Assembly (NCBI GenBank): GCA_965205655.1
Contig: CBDBIJ010000017.1
Span: 477 to 64,476, forward strand
Direction: 5' to 3'
DNA from: Candidatus Latescibacterota bacterium
GTDB taxonomy: Bacteria; Latescibacterota; UBA2968; UBA8231
DNA length: 64,000 nt
Positions 10,165 through 18,934 of this stretch are shown here, piece by piece. Under the pieces are notes generated by a model. That model was not told the DNA's origin, did no database searches, and saw only the letters and a list, made by a program, of their open reading frames with translations. Every line of letters starts with the position of its first letter. The first letter of the stretch is position 1. The translations under genes and the position numbers were made by a program.

Positions 10165-10731
10165 GTGAAGAGAGCAACATCGCTACTCGTCATCTTCGGG
10201 CTGTGCCTCGCCGCCCCCTCGATAGCACAGGAGGGAATGGACGGTGATGCGCCTGATGACATGCCCCATGACATGCCGCCGCCACCTGAGCCACCGCCGC
10301 CGCTCGACAGCGACATAGCCGAGTGGTTCGTCGGCGAGTGGGAAGGTGTGTCACGAAGTCCGATGGGCGAGGCCGTCGAGTGGCGCAAGTATGAAATCGG
10401 GTTGGGCGGTCAGTACCTGCTCATCCAGGCGACCAGCACTCACGGCGATCCTGAGAGCGGCGAAGGGATGGTGTATGAAGGAATGGGTGCCATGACCAAG
10501 GGGCCCGAAGGCCATTGGGTCGGTATCTGGATCGACAACATGAGGGGCATGTACAAGGGCCGTGGCCGCCGGGAAGGCGATGCCATTCACATGGCCTGGG
10601 AAGGGCATATGGGCGTCGCCCACCGCATGATAGGCAAGGTGGACGACAACACCTACGAAGCGCGCTCGAAAATGATCATGCCCAATGGGCACGAGATGGT
10701 CGAGGAGTTTCTGCTACACCGGGTCGAGTAG
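10165..10731 (+). CDS. Secreted hypothetical protein (DUF1579-like pattern, weak)
   Basis: GAGGAGG lies 6 nt upstream of GTG 10165. The signal peptide VKRATSLLVIFGLCLAAPSIAQ is followed by a proline-rich linker and then a W/G-rich beta-type domain. Confidence 0.5.
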   Translation: MKRATSLLVIFGLCLAAPSIAQEGMDGDAPDDMPHDMPPPPEPPPPLDSDIAEWFVGEWEGVSRSPMGEAVEWRKYEIGLGGQYLLIQATSTHGDPESGEGMVYEGMGAMTKGPEGHWVGIWIDNMRGMYKGRGRREGDAIHMAWEGHMGVAHRMIGKVDDNTYEARSKMIMPNGHEMVEEFLLHRVE

Positions 10732-10755
10732 GCGACCGTAAAGAGGCGTTTCTTA

Positions 10756-10788
10756 GCGAGGGGCTCGCCTTGACGGCAGCCCCCTCGC
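10756..10788. terminator. Hairpin between convergent genes (possible bidirectional terminator)
   Basis: GCGAGGGGC (10756-10764) pairs with GCCCCCTCGC (10779-10788), leaving one bulged C. There is no clear U-tract. Confidence 0.35.
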
Positions 10789-10790
10789 GC

Positions 10791-11873
10791 TTACTCAAGG
10801 CCTCGAGACTTCATCAGACCCCAACTCTTCTCCCCATCTCCGATGGCGGTCTGCCGCTCCCCGGAAAGCCTTTCCAGAGACCAGACGTCGTTGAAGTTTC
10901 CACCGGAGCCATTGCCTCCGAAGAGGACCATGCGGTCCTGCGACGGAATGTAGACGGCAGCCGATCCTTCCCGAGCCTCTGGACCGTCCCCGTCGGGGCT
11001 CATCTCATCCCATGCGCCCTGTGCCAGGTCGAAGACCAGCACCTCGTCCGTCAACGCGTCGACACCGTCCCTGTCCTTGTTGCCGCCAAAGATGATGACG
11101 CGGTCGTTGCTCAGATCGTACACATGTGCTGTGAAAATCCGCCCGACGGGACGCTCCGCGGGCGTCAACTCGGTCCAGCTGTTCGAGACCAGATCGAGTG
11201 CCCAGAGATCATCGAGAGCGGCGGCGCCTCGCTGACCGCCGTAGATGATCATGCGCCCACGGTTCTCATCGTAGCTGCCGGAGTGAAGGCAGCGTTTCCC
11301 CGGGTCTGACGTCGACGAGATCTCGGTCCAGACCCGTTCGCTCAATTCGAAGCTCCACACATCTTCGAAGCGACCGGCCGTCGTGAAGCCGGCGAAGCTT
11401 ATCATTCTGCCTTCAACCGCATCGAGCACGGCCGCCGTCCCATAGCGCTCGAGTGGAACTGGCTCCGCAGTCGACAGCTCAGTCCAGGCTTCCAGCTCGA
11501 GATCGAAAGCCCAGACATCATTCAGGAATCCTCCACCATCCGCCGTCACGTAGCGACCAGACCACACAACCATCTGGTGCCCTTCCTCGTCGTACAAAGC
11601 GTTGTGCGTGAAGCGGGCCATCGGGCCGCCGCTGCTTGGAGTAATGTCTGACCACGAATTCGTGCTGAGGTTGAAAGTCCACACATCGCCTCGATCTCCG
11701 CTGGAGCCGCGCCCGCCGAACAGGACCATGCGGTTGTCCCGGGCATCGTAGATCGCTGCGGCGTGCGTGCGGGGTGAGGGCCCATCGCCCGCGCCGCCCG
11801 AGAGCGGCAGCCACTCCTGCGCCGCGACACCCGTCGCCTGCAGGCAACACAGACTGAGGAGAACGTTCCTCAT
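10791..11873 (-). CDS. Kelch-repeat beta-propeller protein, secreted
   Basis: There are about six repeats of the type ...R.GH.A.YD...NRM..FGG......DVW.F.L..N.W.E.... A signal peptide (MRNVLLSLCCLQATGVAAQ) follows the start at 11871-11873. That start overlaps the upstream gene's stop (ATGA). Confidence 0.8.
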   Translation of the reverse strand: MRNVLLSLCCLQATGVAAQEWLPLSGGAGDGPSPRTHAAAIYDARDNRMVLFGGRGSSGDRGDVWTFNLSTNSWSDITPSSGGPMARFTHNALYDEEGHQMVVWSGRYVTADGGGFLNDVWAFDLELEAWTELSTAEPVPLERYGTAAVLDAVEGRMISFAGFTTAGRFEDVWSFELSERVWTEISSTSDPGKRCLHSGSYDENRGRMIIYGGQRGAAALDDLWALDLVSNSWTELTPAERPVGRIFTAHVYDLSNDRVIIFGGNKDRDGVDALTDEVLVFDLAQGAWDEMSPDGDGPEAREGSAAVYIPSQDRMVLFGGNGSGGNFNDVWSLERLSGERQTAIGDGEKSWGLMKSRGLE

Positions 11874-12643
11874 CATTGATCCGGCCGGATCCATTCGAGA
11901 TCTCGCAAACATTCGACCCAGCGCGTTCTGGTCGGGTTCCCTTCCGCTTCGGCGATCCAATGGGGGTGGCAGTACGGAGCATCTTCGGGATAATTGAACA
12001 TCCTCGCGTGGTTGCTGCGAATGATGGCCGCCTCCCTGCGGCGCGCATCGGCCTGCTCATTTGTCGAAGACGGATACCAGTAGACCGTTGCGCCGAATCG
12101 CCGGCCCCGCCGGCCGCCGAAAGCGGAGTGGAGGAGCGGCATGGCAAAGGCGATCGCATCACCCGGGCGGCTCTCGACGGCGACACTCGGCAACATCACA
12201 TCTCCCGACCTGATCTCCAGCTCGCGAATTTTGCCCATGTAGTCCCCCTCGTCAGCGGTGATCCGCAACGGCTCGATCTCCGGGATCTCCGTCAAGTGCG
12301 GCTCGATGTGCGAGCCAGGGACGACGCGCAGTGAACCGTTCTCCGCGGTCAGTGGCTCCATATAATAGATGAGCTTGAGCCCCGTATTCCCGGGCACATC
12401 CAGGTCGCGGTGCCACCCCGTGTCCGCATACCATTCCATCATGTCGACGTTGAGACCGATGATGGATTCGTCAAAGGCCCGCCTGGCTATTGTGTAGATG
12501 CGCTCGTTTTCGAGAAGGGAGGCATTGAACGGCGTCAGCGGACCCATGAGCGCGACCCATTTCCCATGTGTCCCTCCTTCCCGTCCGTCCGGGTAGATCT
12601 CGTCGAAAGCGGCCCTCCAGCGCCCCAGGGTTTTCTTGGACAC
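11873..12643 (-). CDS. PhyH-like Fe(II)/2OG oxygenase, probably 5'-truncated by the IS3 fragment
   Basis: WHRD (HxD) and LRVVPGSH motifs are present. The HxD lies at residue ~78, versus ~128 in the paralog at 4871..5674. The N-terminal GY..l.g element is missing, the only start is a GTG, and it abuts IS3-derived sequence. Confidence 0.6.
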   Translation of the reverse strand: MSKKTLGRWRAAFDEIYPDGREGGTHGKWVALMGPLTPFNASLLENERIYTIARRAFDESIIGLNVDMMEWYADTGWHRDLDVPGNTGLKLIYYMEPLTAENGSLRVVPGSHIEPHLTEIPEIEPLRITADEGDYMGKIRELEIRSGDVMLPSVAVESRPGDAIAFAMPLLHSAFGGRRGRRFGATVYWYPSSTNEQADARRREAAIIRSNHARMFNYPEDAPYCHPHWIAEAEGNPTRTRWVECLRDLEWIRPDQ

Positions 12644-13796
12644 ATTAGAGGGTCCACATGGACCTGAAAGGAGTGTTTGAGATGACTAAGCAGAAGAAGG
12701 GTGTTCGGGTCGGCCGATTCTCCGCTCGTCGAAAGCAGGAGGCGGTGTTGCGCCTGCTGCGTGGGGAGGACCTGGAGGTCCTGTCCCGGGAGTTGGGTGT
12801 GATGGCAGCCACGCTGAGTGAGTGGCGCGAGCAGTTCCTGGGTGGGGGTGAGTCAGCTCTGCACAGCCGTACCCGTGATGAGCGGGATGAACAGATCGCC
12901 CGCCTGAAAGCGAAGGTGGGGGATCTGACGATGGACAACGAGTTGCTGGAGTCCAAGATCCATCGCCTGGAGGATGGACTCCCTTTGGCATCCCGGAGGT
13001 CGAAGCGATGAGCCAGACCCAGTCGCCCTCCAGGAAGCGGCCGTACAGGCTGCAGCGTGTGTGTCGGGTCTGGCAGTTTCCTCGCTCCACCGTCCACGAG
13101 CATCGGCGTCGGGCGGCTCTGCGTCCGGAGGAGCGTCTTGAGCGGAAGAAACGAGGTCCCCAAGGGCCGTGTACCGACGATGAGCTAGCTGAGAAGATTC
13201 GCGAGTTGCTGAAGGCGTCCCCCTTTCACGGGGAAGGCTACCGCAAGATGTGGGCCCAGCTGCGGGCGCAGGACATCCGCACCTCGAAGGAACGCGTACG
13301 CCGTGTGATGCGCGAGCACGGCCTGCAGGTGCCGCAACGCGCCGGCCAGCCAAGGGGCCCGCAAGCACACGACGGGACGATCACCACCGAGCGACCAGAC
13401 CAGATGTGGGGAACCGACTTGACCACCGGCGAAGGCACAGCTACGGTCTTCGTGGCTGTCGACCACTGCAGCTCGGAGTGCATCGGCATTCATGCAGCGG
13501 CCACAGGCGACCGTTTCGAGGCCCTGGAGCCGATCCACCAGGGAGTCCGCGAACACTTCGGCGGCGGCGACAAGGGTATCGCCGGGGGGCTGCAGCTGCG
13601 CCACGATCATGGCTCTGCGTACATGTCCGACCACTTCCAGAAACAGATCGACTTCCTGGGCATCGAGTCGTCGCCCAGCTTCGTGCGTGCCCCGGAGGGC
13701 AATGGCTGCTCCGAGCGATTCATCCGCACCCTCAAGGAGAATCTCCTGTGGGTCCGATACTTTGCCACGGTCGAAGAGCTCCGTCTTGCCCTGCTC
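12644..13796 (+). mobile_element. IS3-family element, 3'-truncated
   Basis: It contains orfA plus the N-terminal two-thirds of an rve-type orfB (DDE region ...WGTDLT...VAVDHCS...HDHGSAYMS...APEGNGCSERFIRTLKE). The right end and right IR are absent and are replaced by IS256 sequence at 13797. The left boundary is approximate. Confidence 0.7.
12682..13011 (+). CDS. IS3-family transposase OrfA (HTH + leucine zipper)
   Basis: AAAGGAG lies 8 nt upstream of ATG 12682. The protein reads MTKQKKGVRVGRFSARRKQEAVLRLLRGEDLEVLSRELGV...WREQF... followed by a heptad Leu region. Its stop overlaps the orfB ATG (ATGA at 13008-13011). Confidence 0.75.
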   Translation: MTKQKKGVRVGRFSARRKQEAVLRLLRGEDLEVLSRELGVMAATLSEWREQFLGGGESALHSRTRDERDEQIARLKAKVGDLTMDNELLESKIHRLEDGLPLASRRSKR

Positions 13797-14561
13797 GAAT
13801 TCCAGGAGCGCTCCCTGGAAGGCTACGACCTGGTGGCGCTGTTTCTCGACGGCAAGAGCTTCGCGGACGAAGAGCTCATCATCGCTCTGGGCGTCACCCT
13901 TGACGGGCACAAGATCCCGCTGGGTTTCGTGGAGGCCGCCACCGAGAACGAGCGCGTCTGTCGCCGCTTCCTGGCCGACTTGGTCGACAGGGGCCCGCAA
14001 TACGAGGCCGGGTTGCTGGTGTTGATCGACGGCGCCAAGGGCCTCTACAAGGCGGTAATGTCGGTGCTGAAGGGCCATGCCTGTGTGCAGCGCTGCCAGT
14101 GTCACAAGCGCAAGAACGTCGTGTCGTACCTGCCGAAAAGTGAACAGGCCCGAGTCCGTCGCAAGATTGAGGCGGCCTACAATAAGCCCACCTACGAAGA
14201 GGCGAAGGCGACCCTGAAAGCGCTCAAGCCCGGTCTGAAACTGATGAACCAATCTGCTCTGAAGAGCCTCGAGGAAGGCCTGGAAGAAACCCTGACGCTC
14301 CATCGCCTGGGACTGATGCCGATGCTCAAGGATTCCTTCCGCACCACCAACTGCATCGAGAACGTCAACAGCCTCCTGGGCCAGCTCACGCGCAACGTGC
14401 GGCACTGGACGAACTCCTCGCAGCGTCACCGCTGGGCAGCCACGGCGCTGCTCGACATCGAGGACCGACTGCGCAGAGTCAAGGGCTACCACCACCTGTC
14501 AACGCTCCGTCAAGCTCTTCAAACCAAGCTCGGCATCAAACAGCTCGCGATGACGGGCTGA
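13008..14561 (+). pseudogene. Chimeric ORF: IS3 OrfB (rve integrase) N-part fused in frame to the IS256-family transposase C-part
   Basis: Residues 1-~263 are IS3 OrfB. From ...LLEFQ|ERSLEGYDLVALFLDGKSF... onward the sequence is nearly identical to IS256 copies C and D. The junction is at 13796/13797, at GAATTC. Confidence 0.75.
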
Positions 14562-14611
14562 GAACATCACCCGAGCCTGTGCTCTGTTTCAACTGAAAAT
14601 GGGACTTGACC
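13797..14611 (+). mobile_element. IS256-family copy A (3' ~815 bp only, with right IR)
   Basis: It is near-identical to 19511..20325 and 60286..61101. It ends with the same right terminus, ...CAGGCTCGGGTG-complement...GTTTCAACTGAAAATGGGACTTGACC, at 14611. Confidence 0.8.
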
Positions 14612-14748
14612 TGCTTGAATTCATCAAATGTCTTTCTTAATCTGATCCCTACGGGACGTGTTGCCCCTTTTCCGTTCGAATCGAAAGACCCAAACACCGA
14701 TAAGATTACAACCAGGACCGTGCTTATTCACGTAGAAGTGGGCCATAC

Positions 14749-14982
14749 TCACCTCTCCTTCCGGCCGTCGGTAGTCTTACCGCGCTTTGACGGGTCCACT
14801 GGCTTCGCGTTGGTGAAGATGTTTCGGGCGATCTCCTCCGCGCTGGCCGGTAGCTTTATGTCCTGCTTTTCCGGGCGGCCAGGACCTTTGGTAGACTTGT
14901 GATCTGAAGCGTTTGGCTGACAGGACGATCTGACGATCTCTACTGTGGGCGCTGGTTTGGGAGTGCGTTTTTTCTGGGCCAT
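14749..14982 (-). CDS. Small basic hypothetical protein downstream of the restriction gene
   Basis: This 77-aa ORF starts 9 nt after the REase stop on the same strand. It is Lys/Pro-rich and has a GRP core (KGPGRPEK) reminiscent of an AT-hook. There is no recognisable family, and coding status is uncertain. Confidence 0.3.
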   Translation of the reverse strand: MAQKKRTPKPAPTVEIVRSSCQPNASDHKSTKGPGRPEKQDIKLPASAEEIARNIFTNAKPVDPSKRGKTTDGRKER

Positions 14983-14990
14983 TTCCCCTC

Positions 14991-15710
14991 CTAAAACAGG
15001 TAGTAACGCAGCGAAGTTTCAGCGACTTCCTTCAAAATCTCAAACATCTCCTCACGGGTCCATTCAGGTTCCCGGAAGTACATAGATACAGGTGCAAAGT
15101 GGTTCTTATCGGATGATCCGTCTTTCTTGAACACGTAGGTCCGGTTGAGTGGATAATACTCGTTCATCATTGAGACCTTTGACATGACAAAGGACTGTTC
15201 GTTGTAGTTCTCCTCAAAGTCGCATCCCCACCCGAAGCACACAAAAGGCGTCAGCGGTTCATGGTTCATAGCTGCCCGGATGCCTATCAGGTTCTTTCCA
15301 AGCCGCTCTATAGCGTTTCCCTGTGCCTGCCGGGCTTGGCCCTCGCTCATGCGTTCTTTGTTGGTGCCCTGCTTCTTGGTTTCGGAGACAAGCACCAAAC
15401 GACGGTAATTTTCGTCGCCTTCCTTTTCTAGCCAGATCACGCCGCCATCCGGAATAATCGTCCTTTCCAGGAACGTCTGATCGAACTCCAACCTTTGGCC
15501 GGAATTGCGAATCATGCCTATTAGCTGATCGTAGGACATTCGTGTACCGAAGGCTAAGTCATATCCGTCAAGATTGTTCTTCATACGCTTTTTCAGATAT
15601 TTGATGCAATCCAGCATGGCGTGATGAATCGCCTTGTCGCTATGCTTGGATTCGACATTCTTCGGCTTGTGCTGAGCCTTGCTGCGTCGAAGGTCTGCTG
15701 ACTTAGCCAT
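14991..15710 (-). CDS. Type II restriction endonuclease, EcoRI family
   Basis: It aligns by eye to R.EcoRI landmarks. IIPDGGVIWLEK matches IKPDGGIVEVK (PD), and RLVLVSETKKQG matches RVVLVAEAKHQG (ExK). AQGNAIERLGKNL matches AAGNAIERSHKNI, and the C-terminal W.REEMFEILKEVAETSLR matches WDSKIMFEIMFDISTTSLR. Confidence 0.85.
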   Translation of the reverse strand: MAKSADLRRSKAQHKPKNVESKHSDKAIHHAMLDCIKYLKKRMKNNLDGYDLAFGTRMSYDQLIGMIRNSGQRLEFDQTFLERTIIPDGGVIWLEKEGDENYRRLVLVSETKKQGTNKERMSEGQARQAQGNAIERLGKNLIGIRAAMNHEPLTPFVCFGWGCDFEENYNEQSFVMSKVSMMNEYYPLNRTYVFKKDGSSDKNHFAPVSMYFREPEWTREEMFEILKEVAETSLRYYLF

Positions 15711-16320
15711 TGTAGAAGTAGTGGCCCTTCAATCCATTAACATTGAAAATCAGGATTTCACTATGGAACAAAACGTCTTCGTAAATATCTTTGGGCAGCG
15801 CGACGATTGAGGAAATCTCTGGGTAGTCCCCATTCACGAACTTCAACCAGCGTTTGCTATTCACACTCTGATTGAGCCGCAATCCATATGGCGCAAACAG
15901 GCAAATGGGTAATTTATTGCCCCAAAGCCGAATGATTTTTTGAAGCCATACCTCTGGCAATAAGGGCCGTGCGCCCGCCAGCTTCGTTGCCAGTTCTTTT
16001 GTTTTGCCGTCGATGTTGAATGGTGGATTAGCAATCACCAGAGAAGGCGGCTCGAACGTGCCCTGGCGCACACCAAGGAAATTGCGGGTTAAGGTGCCCT
16101 TGAATCCTTGGTGTTCAATGTCTACACCCACAACATTAAATCCGGCGTCCACGAAGGGCAGAAGCAAAGAGCCCTCGCCCACGCATGGATCAAACACTTT
16201 GCCGGATTTGTTGATTTTCTCATGCAGCAGGTTAAACAGAAAGTCGCTCACGCCAGAAGGCGTAAGCACCGTGGCGTTTTTCTGTTCGTCATAGAAGTTA
16301 TTTCGGTCAACCCGGTACAT
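15703..16320 (-). CDS. N6-adenine DNA methyltransferase (gamma-type motif order), 205 aa
   Basis: Motif I (VFDPCVGEGSLLL) precedes motif IV (IANPPF). It overlaps the REase start by 8 nt, giving an M-then-R operon. Sampled lines show lower G+C here (about 47-50%). Confidence 0.8.
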   Translation of the reverse strand: MYRVDRNNFYDEQKNATVLTPSGVSDFLFNLLHEKINKSGKVFDPCVGEGSLLLPFVDAGFNVVGVDIEHQGFKGTLTRNFLGVRQGTFEPPSLVIANPPFNIDGKTKELATKLAGARPLLPEVWLQKIIRLWGNKLPICLFAPYGLRLNQSVNSKRWLKFVNGDYPEISSIVALPKDIYEDVLFHSEILIFNVNGLKGHYFYNG

Positions 16321-16324
16321 ATCT

Positions 16325-17275
16325 CTACGCCACCAGATCCCGATACCGCAGCCGCTTCCCGACCAATCCTCGGGCCAGCAGGCTCATCTGTTCGAGGGTG
16401 TCCATGTCGCGGACGTTGTGGCGCCCGGCGAACTCGTTGACGTAGCGGTGCAGGTGCTTGACGGACATCCGATGAAAGGTGCCGTGGTAGCCACGCTTGA
16501 ACATCGACCAGAAGCTCTCCAAGCCGTTGGTGTGGGCTTGTCCGTCCACCCAATGACCCACGCCATGCTTGCAAGTTGCGTGGTTTCTGAGGTCCTGGTA
16601 GGCGTGGTGCTCGTCTGTGAACTTGCGGGCGTCTGGTTCTACGTGGTCTTCAACGAAGCCCTGGAGGGTGTCCCTGTCAGTGCCTGGGACGACCTCGGCG
16701 CGAACCTCCTTCGTCTCCCGGTCCTTGACGCCAGCGACAACGGCCTTGCCGACGGTGCCCCGGCCAGCGTGCAGCATCTTGTCGGAGTGCTTGTTCTTCT
16801 CTCGGCCACCGACGAACGTCTCGTCGATCTCGACGGGGCCGGCCAGCCGGACGCCGGTATTGCCCAGGAAGCCCTCGCGGATACGCTGCTGGAGGTACCA
16901 CGCGGTCTTCTGCGTGATTCCAAGTTCTCGGTGGATCTTCATGCTGGACGTGCCCTTGAGGCTCGTGGACATCATGTACAGGGCGATGGCCCACTTCCGA
17001 TGGCCGAGCTTGCTGCCCTCCATGACGGTGCCCTTGCGGACCGAGAAGAAGGACCGGCACTCCCGGCAACGATAGGGCATTGTCCGGTGGGTGGAAACCC
17101 CGGTAAGATTCGATCCGCAGTCCGGGCAGGTTCGGCCTTCGGGCCATCGACGCGCCTCGAACCAGGACTCGGCGGCTGCGTCATCGGGGAACATGTCGAA
17201 TACCTCGATGATACTGACGCCCTTGCGGTGCGCTCGTCCGGGTCCGATCTTCTTGTATGCGTTGGTCTTATGCAT
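16325..17275 (-). CDS. IS1595-family (ISXO2-like) transposase; element ends not resolved
   Basis: It has an N-terminal zinc ribbon (CPDCGS...YRCRECRSFF), then ...VEIDETFVGG...VVAGVKDR...FTDEHHAYQDL...HTNGLESFWSMFKRGYHGTFH..., which is typical of the family. Its stop lies only 4 nt from the methyltransferase start. Confidence 0.85.
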   Translation of the reverse strand: MHKTNAYKKIGPGRAHRKGVSIIEVFDMFPDDAAAESWFEARRWPEGRTCPDCGSNLTGVSTHRTMPYRCRECRSFFSVRKGTVMEGSKLGHRKWAIALYMMSTSLKGTSSMKIHRELGITQKTAWYLQQRIREGFLGNTGVRLAGPVEIDETFVGGREKNKHSDKMLHAGRGTVGKAVVAGVKDRETKEVRAEVVPGTDRDTLQGFVEDHVEPDARKFTDEHHAYQDLRNHATCKHGVGHWVDGQAHTNGLESFWSMFKRGYHGTFHRMSVKHLHRYVNEFAGRHNVRDMDTLEQMSLLARGLVGKRLRYRDLVA

Positions 17276-17551
17276 CCCTTAACCCTCTCTCTTTCTGGTA
17301 ACTAATCTACCGAAAAAGGGTGGTCATGTCAAGGGAAATCTGGTAACTTTGGTATATAATCCCCTAAGTTATGATTGTGTCAGACGGTGGCCGTCGTACG
17401 GCTGGACTGGGACGGCTTCAGGTTATCTGGCTTATTCCTGGGCCATATACCCCAGCAGACAGACGGCTACGAACTATCCCTGGGGCAGAGAGGTTCATAT
17501 CATTGACCCCGCCGGCGCTGTTGGCACGTCCGCATGTAGCATCCGTGTCTT

Positions 17552-17603
17552 ATGACTGAGAAGCCGAATTTCCTCATCATTATGTCCGATCAGCACGCTC
17601 CGG
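17552..17603 (+). pseudogene. Sulfatase gene stub (first ~17 codons), truncated by IS256 copy B
   Basis: MTEKPNFLIIMSDQHAP matches the conserved sulfatase N-terminus (PN.l.ImsDq). The reading frame runs straight into the IS256 terminus at 17604, and no continuation is found beyond 20325. Confidence 0.5.
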
Positions 17604-18934
17604 GGTCAAGGCCCAGTTTCAGTTGAAACAAATCACAGGCTCGGGTGAGTGTGTCGGCCCATCATCGCGAGCTGTTTGATGCCGAGTTCGGCTTGTATGG
17701 CTTGCCGGAGCATCGGCAGATGGCGATAGCCCTTGACCCTGCGCAGACGTGGTTCGATGTCGAGCAGTGCCGTGGCTACCCAACGGTGACGCTGTGATGA
17801 GTTGGTCCAGCGTCGCACGTTGTGTGTGAGCTGCTCCAGGAGACTGTTGACGTTCTCGATGCAGTTGGTGGTGCGGAAGGAATCCTTGAGCATCGGCGTC
17901 AGTCCCAACCGATGGAGTGTGATGGTCTCTTCCATGCCTTCCTCGAGGCTGTGTAGGGCGGACTGATTCATCAACTTCAAGCCCGGTTTGAGCGCGTCCA
18001 GTGCCGCCTTGGCCGCCTCGTATCTCGGTTTGCCGTAGGCCGCCTCCATCTTGCGACCCATACCGGACTGCTCGCTTTTGGACAGATACGACACGACGTT
18101 CTGGCGCTTGTGATACTGGCAGCGCTGCACGCAGGCATGTCCTTTGAGCACCGACATCACCGCCTTGTAAAGCCCCTTGGCGCCGTCGATGACGACCAAC
18201 AGTCCGGCTTCGTACTGCATACCGCGTTCGACCAGATCGGACAGGAAGCGACGGCAGACGCGCTCGTTTTCCGTGGCCGCCTGCACGAAGCCAAGAGGAA
18301 TCTTCTGTCCGTCGAGGGTGACGCCCAGGGCGATGATGATCTCCTCGTCCGCGAAGCTCTTGCCGTCGAGGAATAGCGCCACCAGATCATATCCTTCCAG
18401 GGATCGCTCCTGGAATTCAGCCAGCTTTCGAGCCGTGCCTTTCACGTAACGACAGGACACCGATGAGGATGACAGACCAAAGGCCTCGGGTACGGCCTCA
18501 GCGCAGGCCTCGTAGTTGCGCGTGGCGATGCCCTTCAGCATCCGCAACAGCAGACCTTCGTCCATCTGTCGAGGCGTCTGCAGTGCCTGGTAAACATCCA
18601 GCGGGACCTCGGTATGGTTGGCCACGTTGCGCACCCGCGGCACATCGACGGGTAGTTTCTGGTCGGCCAGGTACACCGACCCGAGCTGAGACCCCCAGCG
18701 GCGTAACGGCTGATCCGACCCCTTGCGCTGATACCGCGGCCCAGCCAACTCAACGACCGCTCTTTGCAGCTCCTCCGCGACCGCCTGCAGCCCCAAGGGA
18801 ATCAGCCATTGGATCGCCTCAATCCGGCCATCCAGGTCCTCTACTTGCTCTGCAGTCTCGGGTGCTACCTTGCCGATGCTCACCGTTCGTTTGACGCCCT
18901 TCTTCCGTGCTACTAGCTTGCTCATTGCAGGCTC
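17604..18934 (-). mobile_element. IS256-family copy B (divergent isoform, left end truncated)
   Basis: The right terminus GGTCAAGGCCCAGTTTCAGTTGAAACAAATCACAGGCTCGGGTG starts at 17604. Only ~9 nt remain upstream of the transposase ATG before copy C sequence begins, so there is no left IR. Confidence 0.8.
17633..18925 (-). CDS. IS256-family (Mutator-type) transposase, intact, 430 aa
   Basis: This full-length ORF is about 80% identical by eye to the reconstructed copies C and D. Conserved blocks include LFLDGKSF, VIDGAKGLYKAV, QRCQYHK and FRTTNCIENVNS. Confidence 0.9.
   Translation of the reverse strand: MSKLVARKKGVKRTVSIGKVAPETAEQVEDLDGRIEAIQWLIPLGLQAVAEELQRAVVELAGPRYQRKGSDQPLRRWGSQLGSVYLADQKLPVDVPRVRNVANHTEVPLDVYQALQTPRQMDEGLLLRMLKGIATRNYEACAEAVPEAFGLSSSSVSCRYVKGTARKLAEFQERSLEGYDLVALFLDGKSFADEEIIIALGVTLDGQKIPLGFVQAATENERVCRRFLSDLVERGMQYEAGLLVVIDGAKGLYKAVMSVLKGHACVQRCQYHKRQNVVSYLSKSEQSGMGRKMEAAYGKPRYEAAKAALDALKPGLKLMNQSALHSLEEGMEETITLHRLGLTPMLKDSFRTTNCIENVNSLLEQLTHNVRRWTNSSQRHRWVATALLDIEPRLRRVKGYRHLPMLRQAIQAELGIKQLAMMGRHTHPSL

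Noticed and set aside
13008-14561. 517-aa ORF as a novel functional fusion transposase.
   Set aside because: It lacks the IS3 right end and C-terminal region and the IS256 N-terminal ~195 aa and left IR. It is better explained as a recombination scar that happens to remain in frame.
14650-17335. Idea that IS1595 transposase + M + R + small ORF form one transposon bounded by inverted repeats (CCCCTTTTCCGTTCGAAT near 14667, against the complement of 17306-17323; also TTTCGGT-containing matches at 16296-16313).
   Set aside because: The candidate repeats match at only about 10-12 of 14-18 positions, need gaps, and have no flanking target duplication. Without other copies of the element, the ends cannot be defined.
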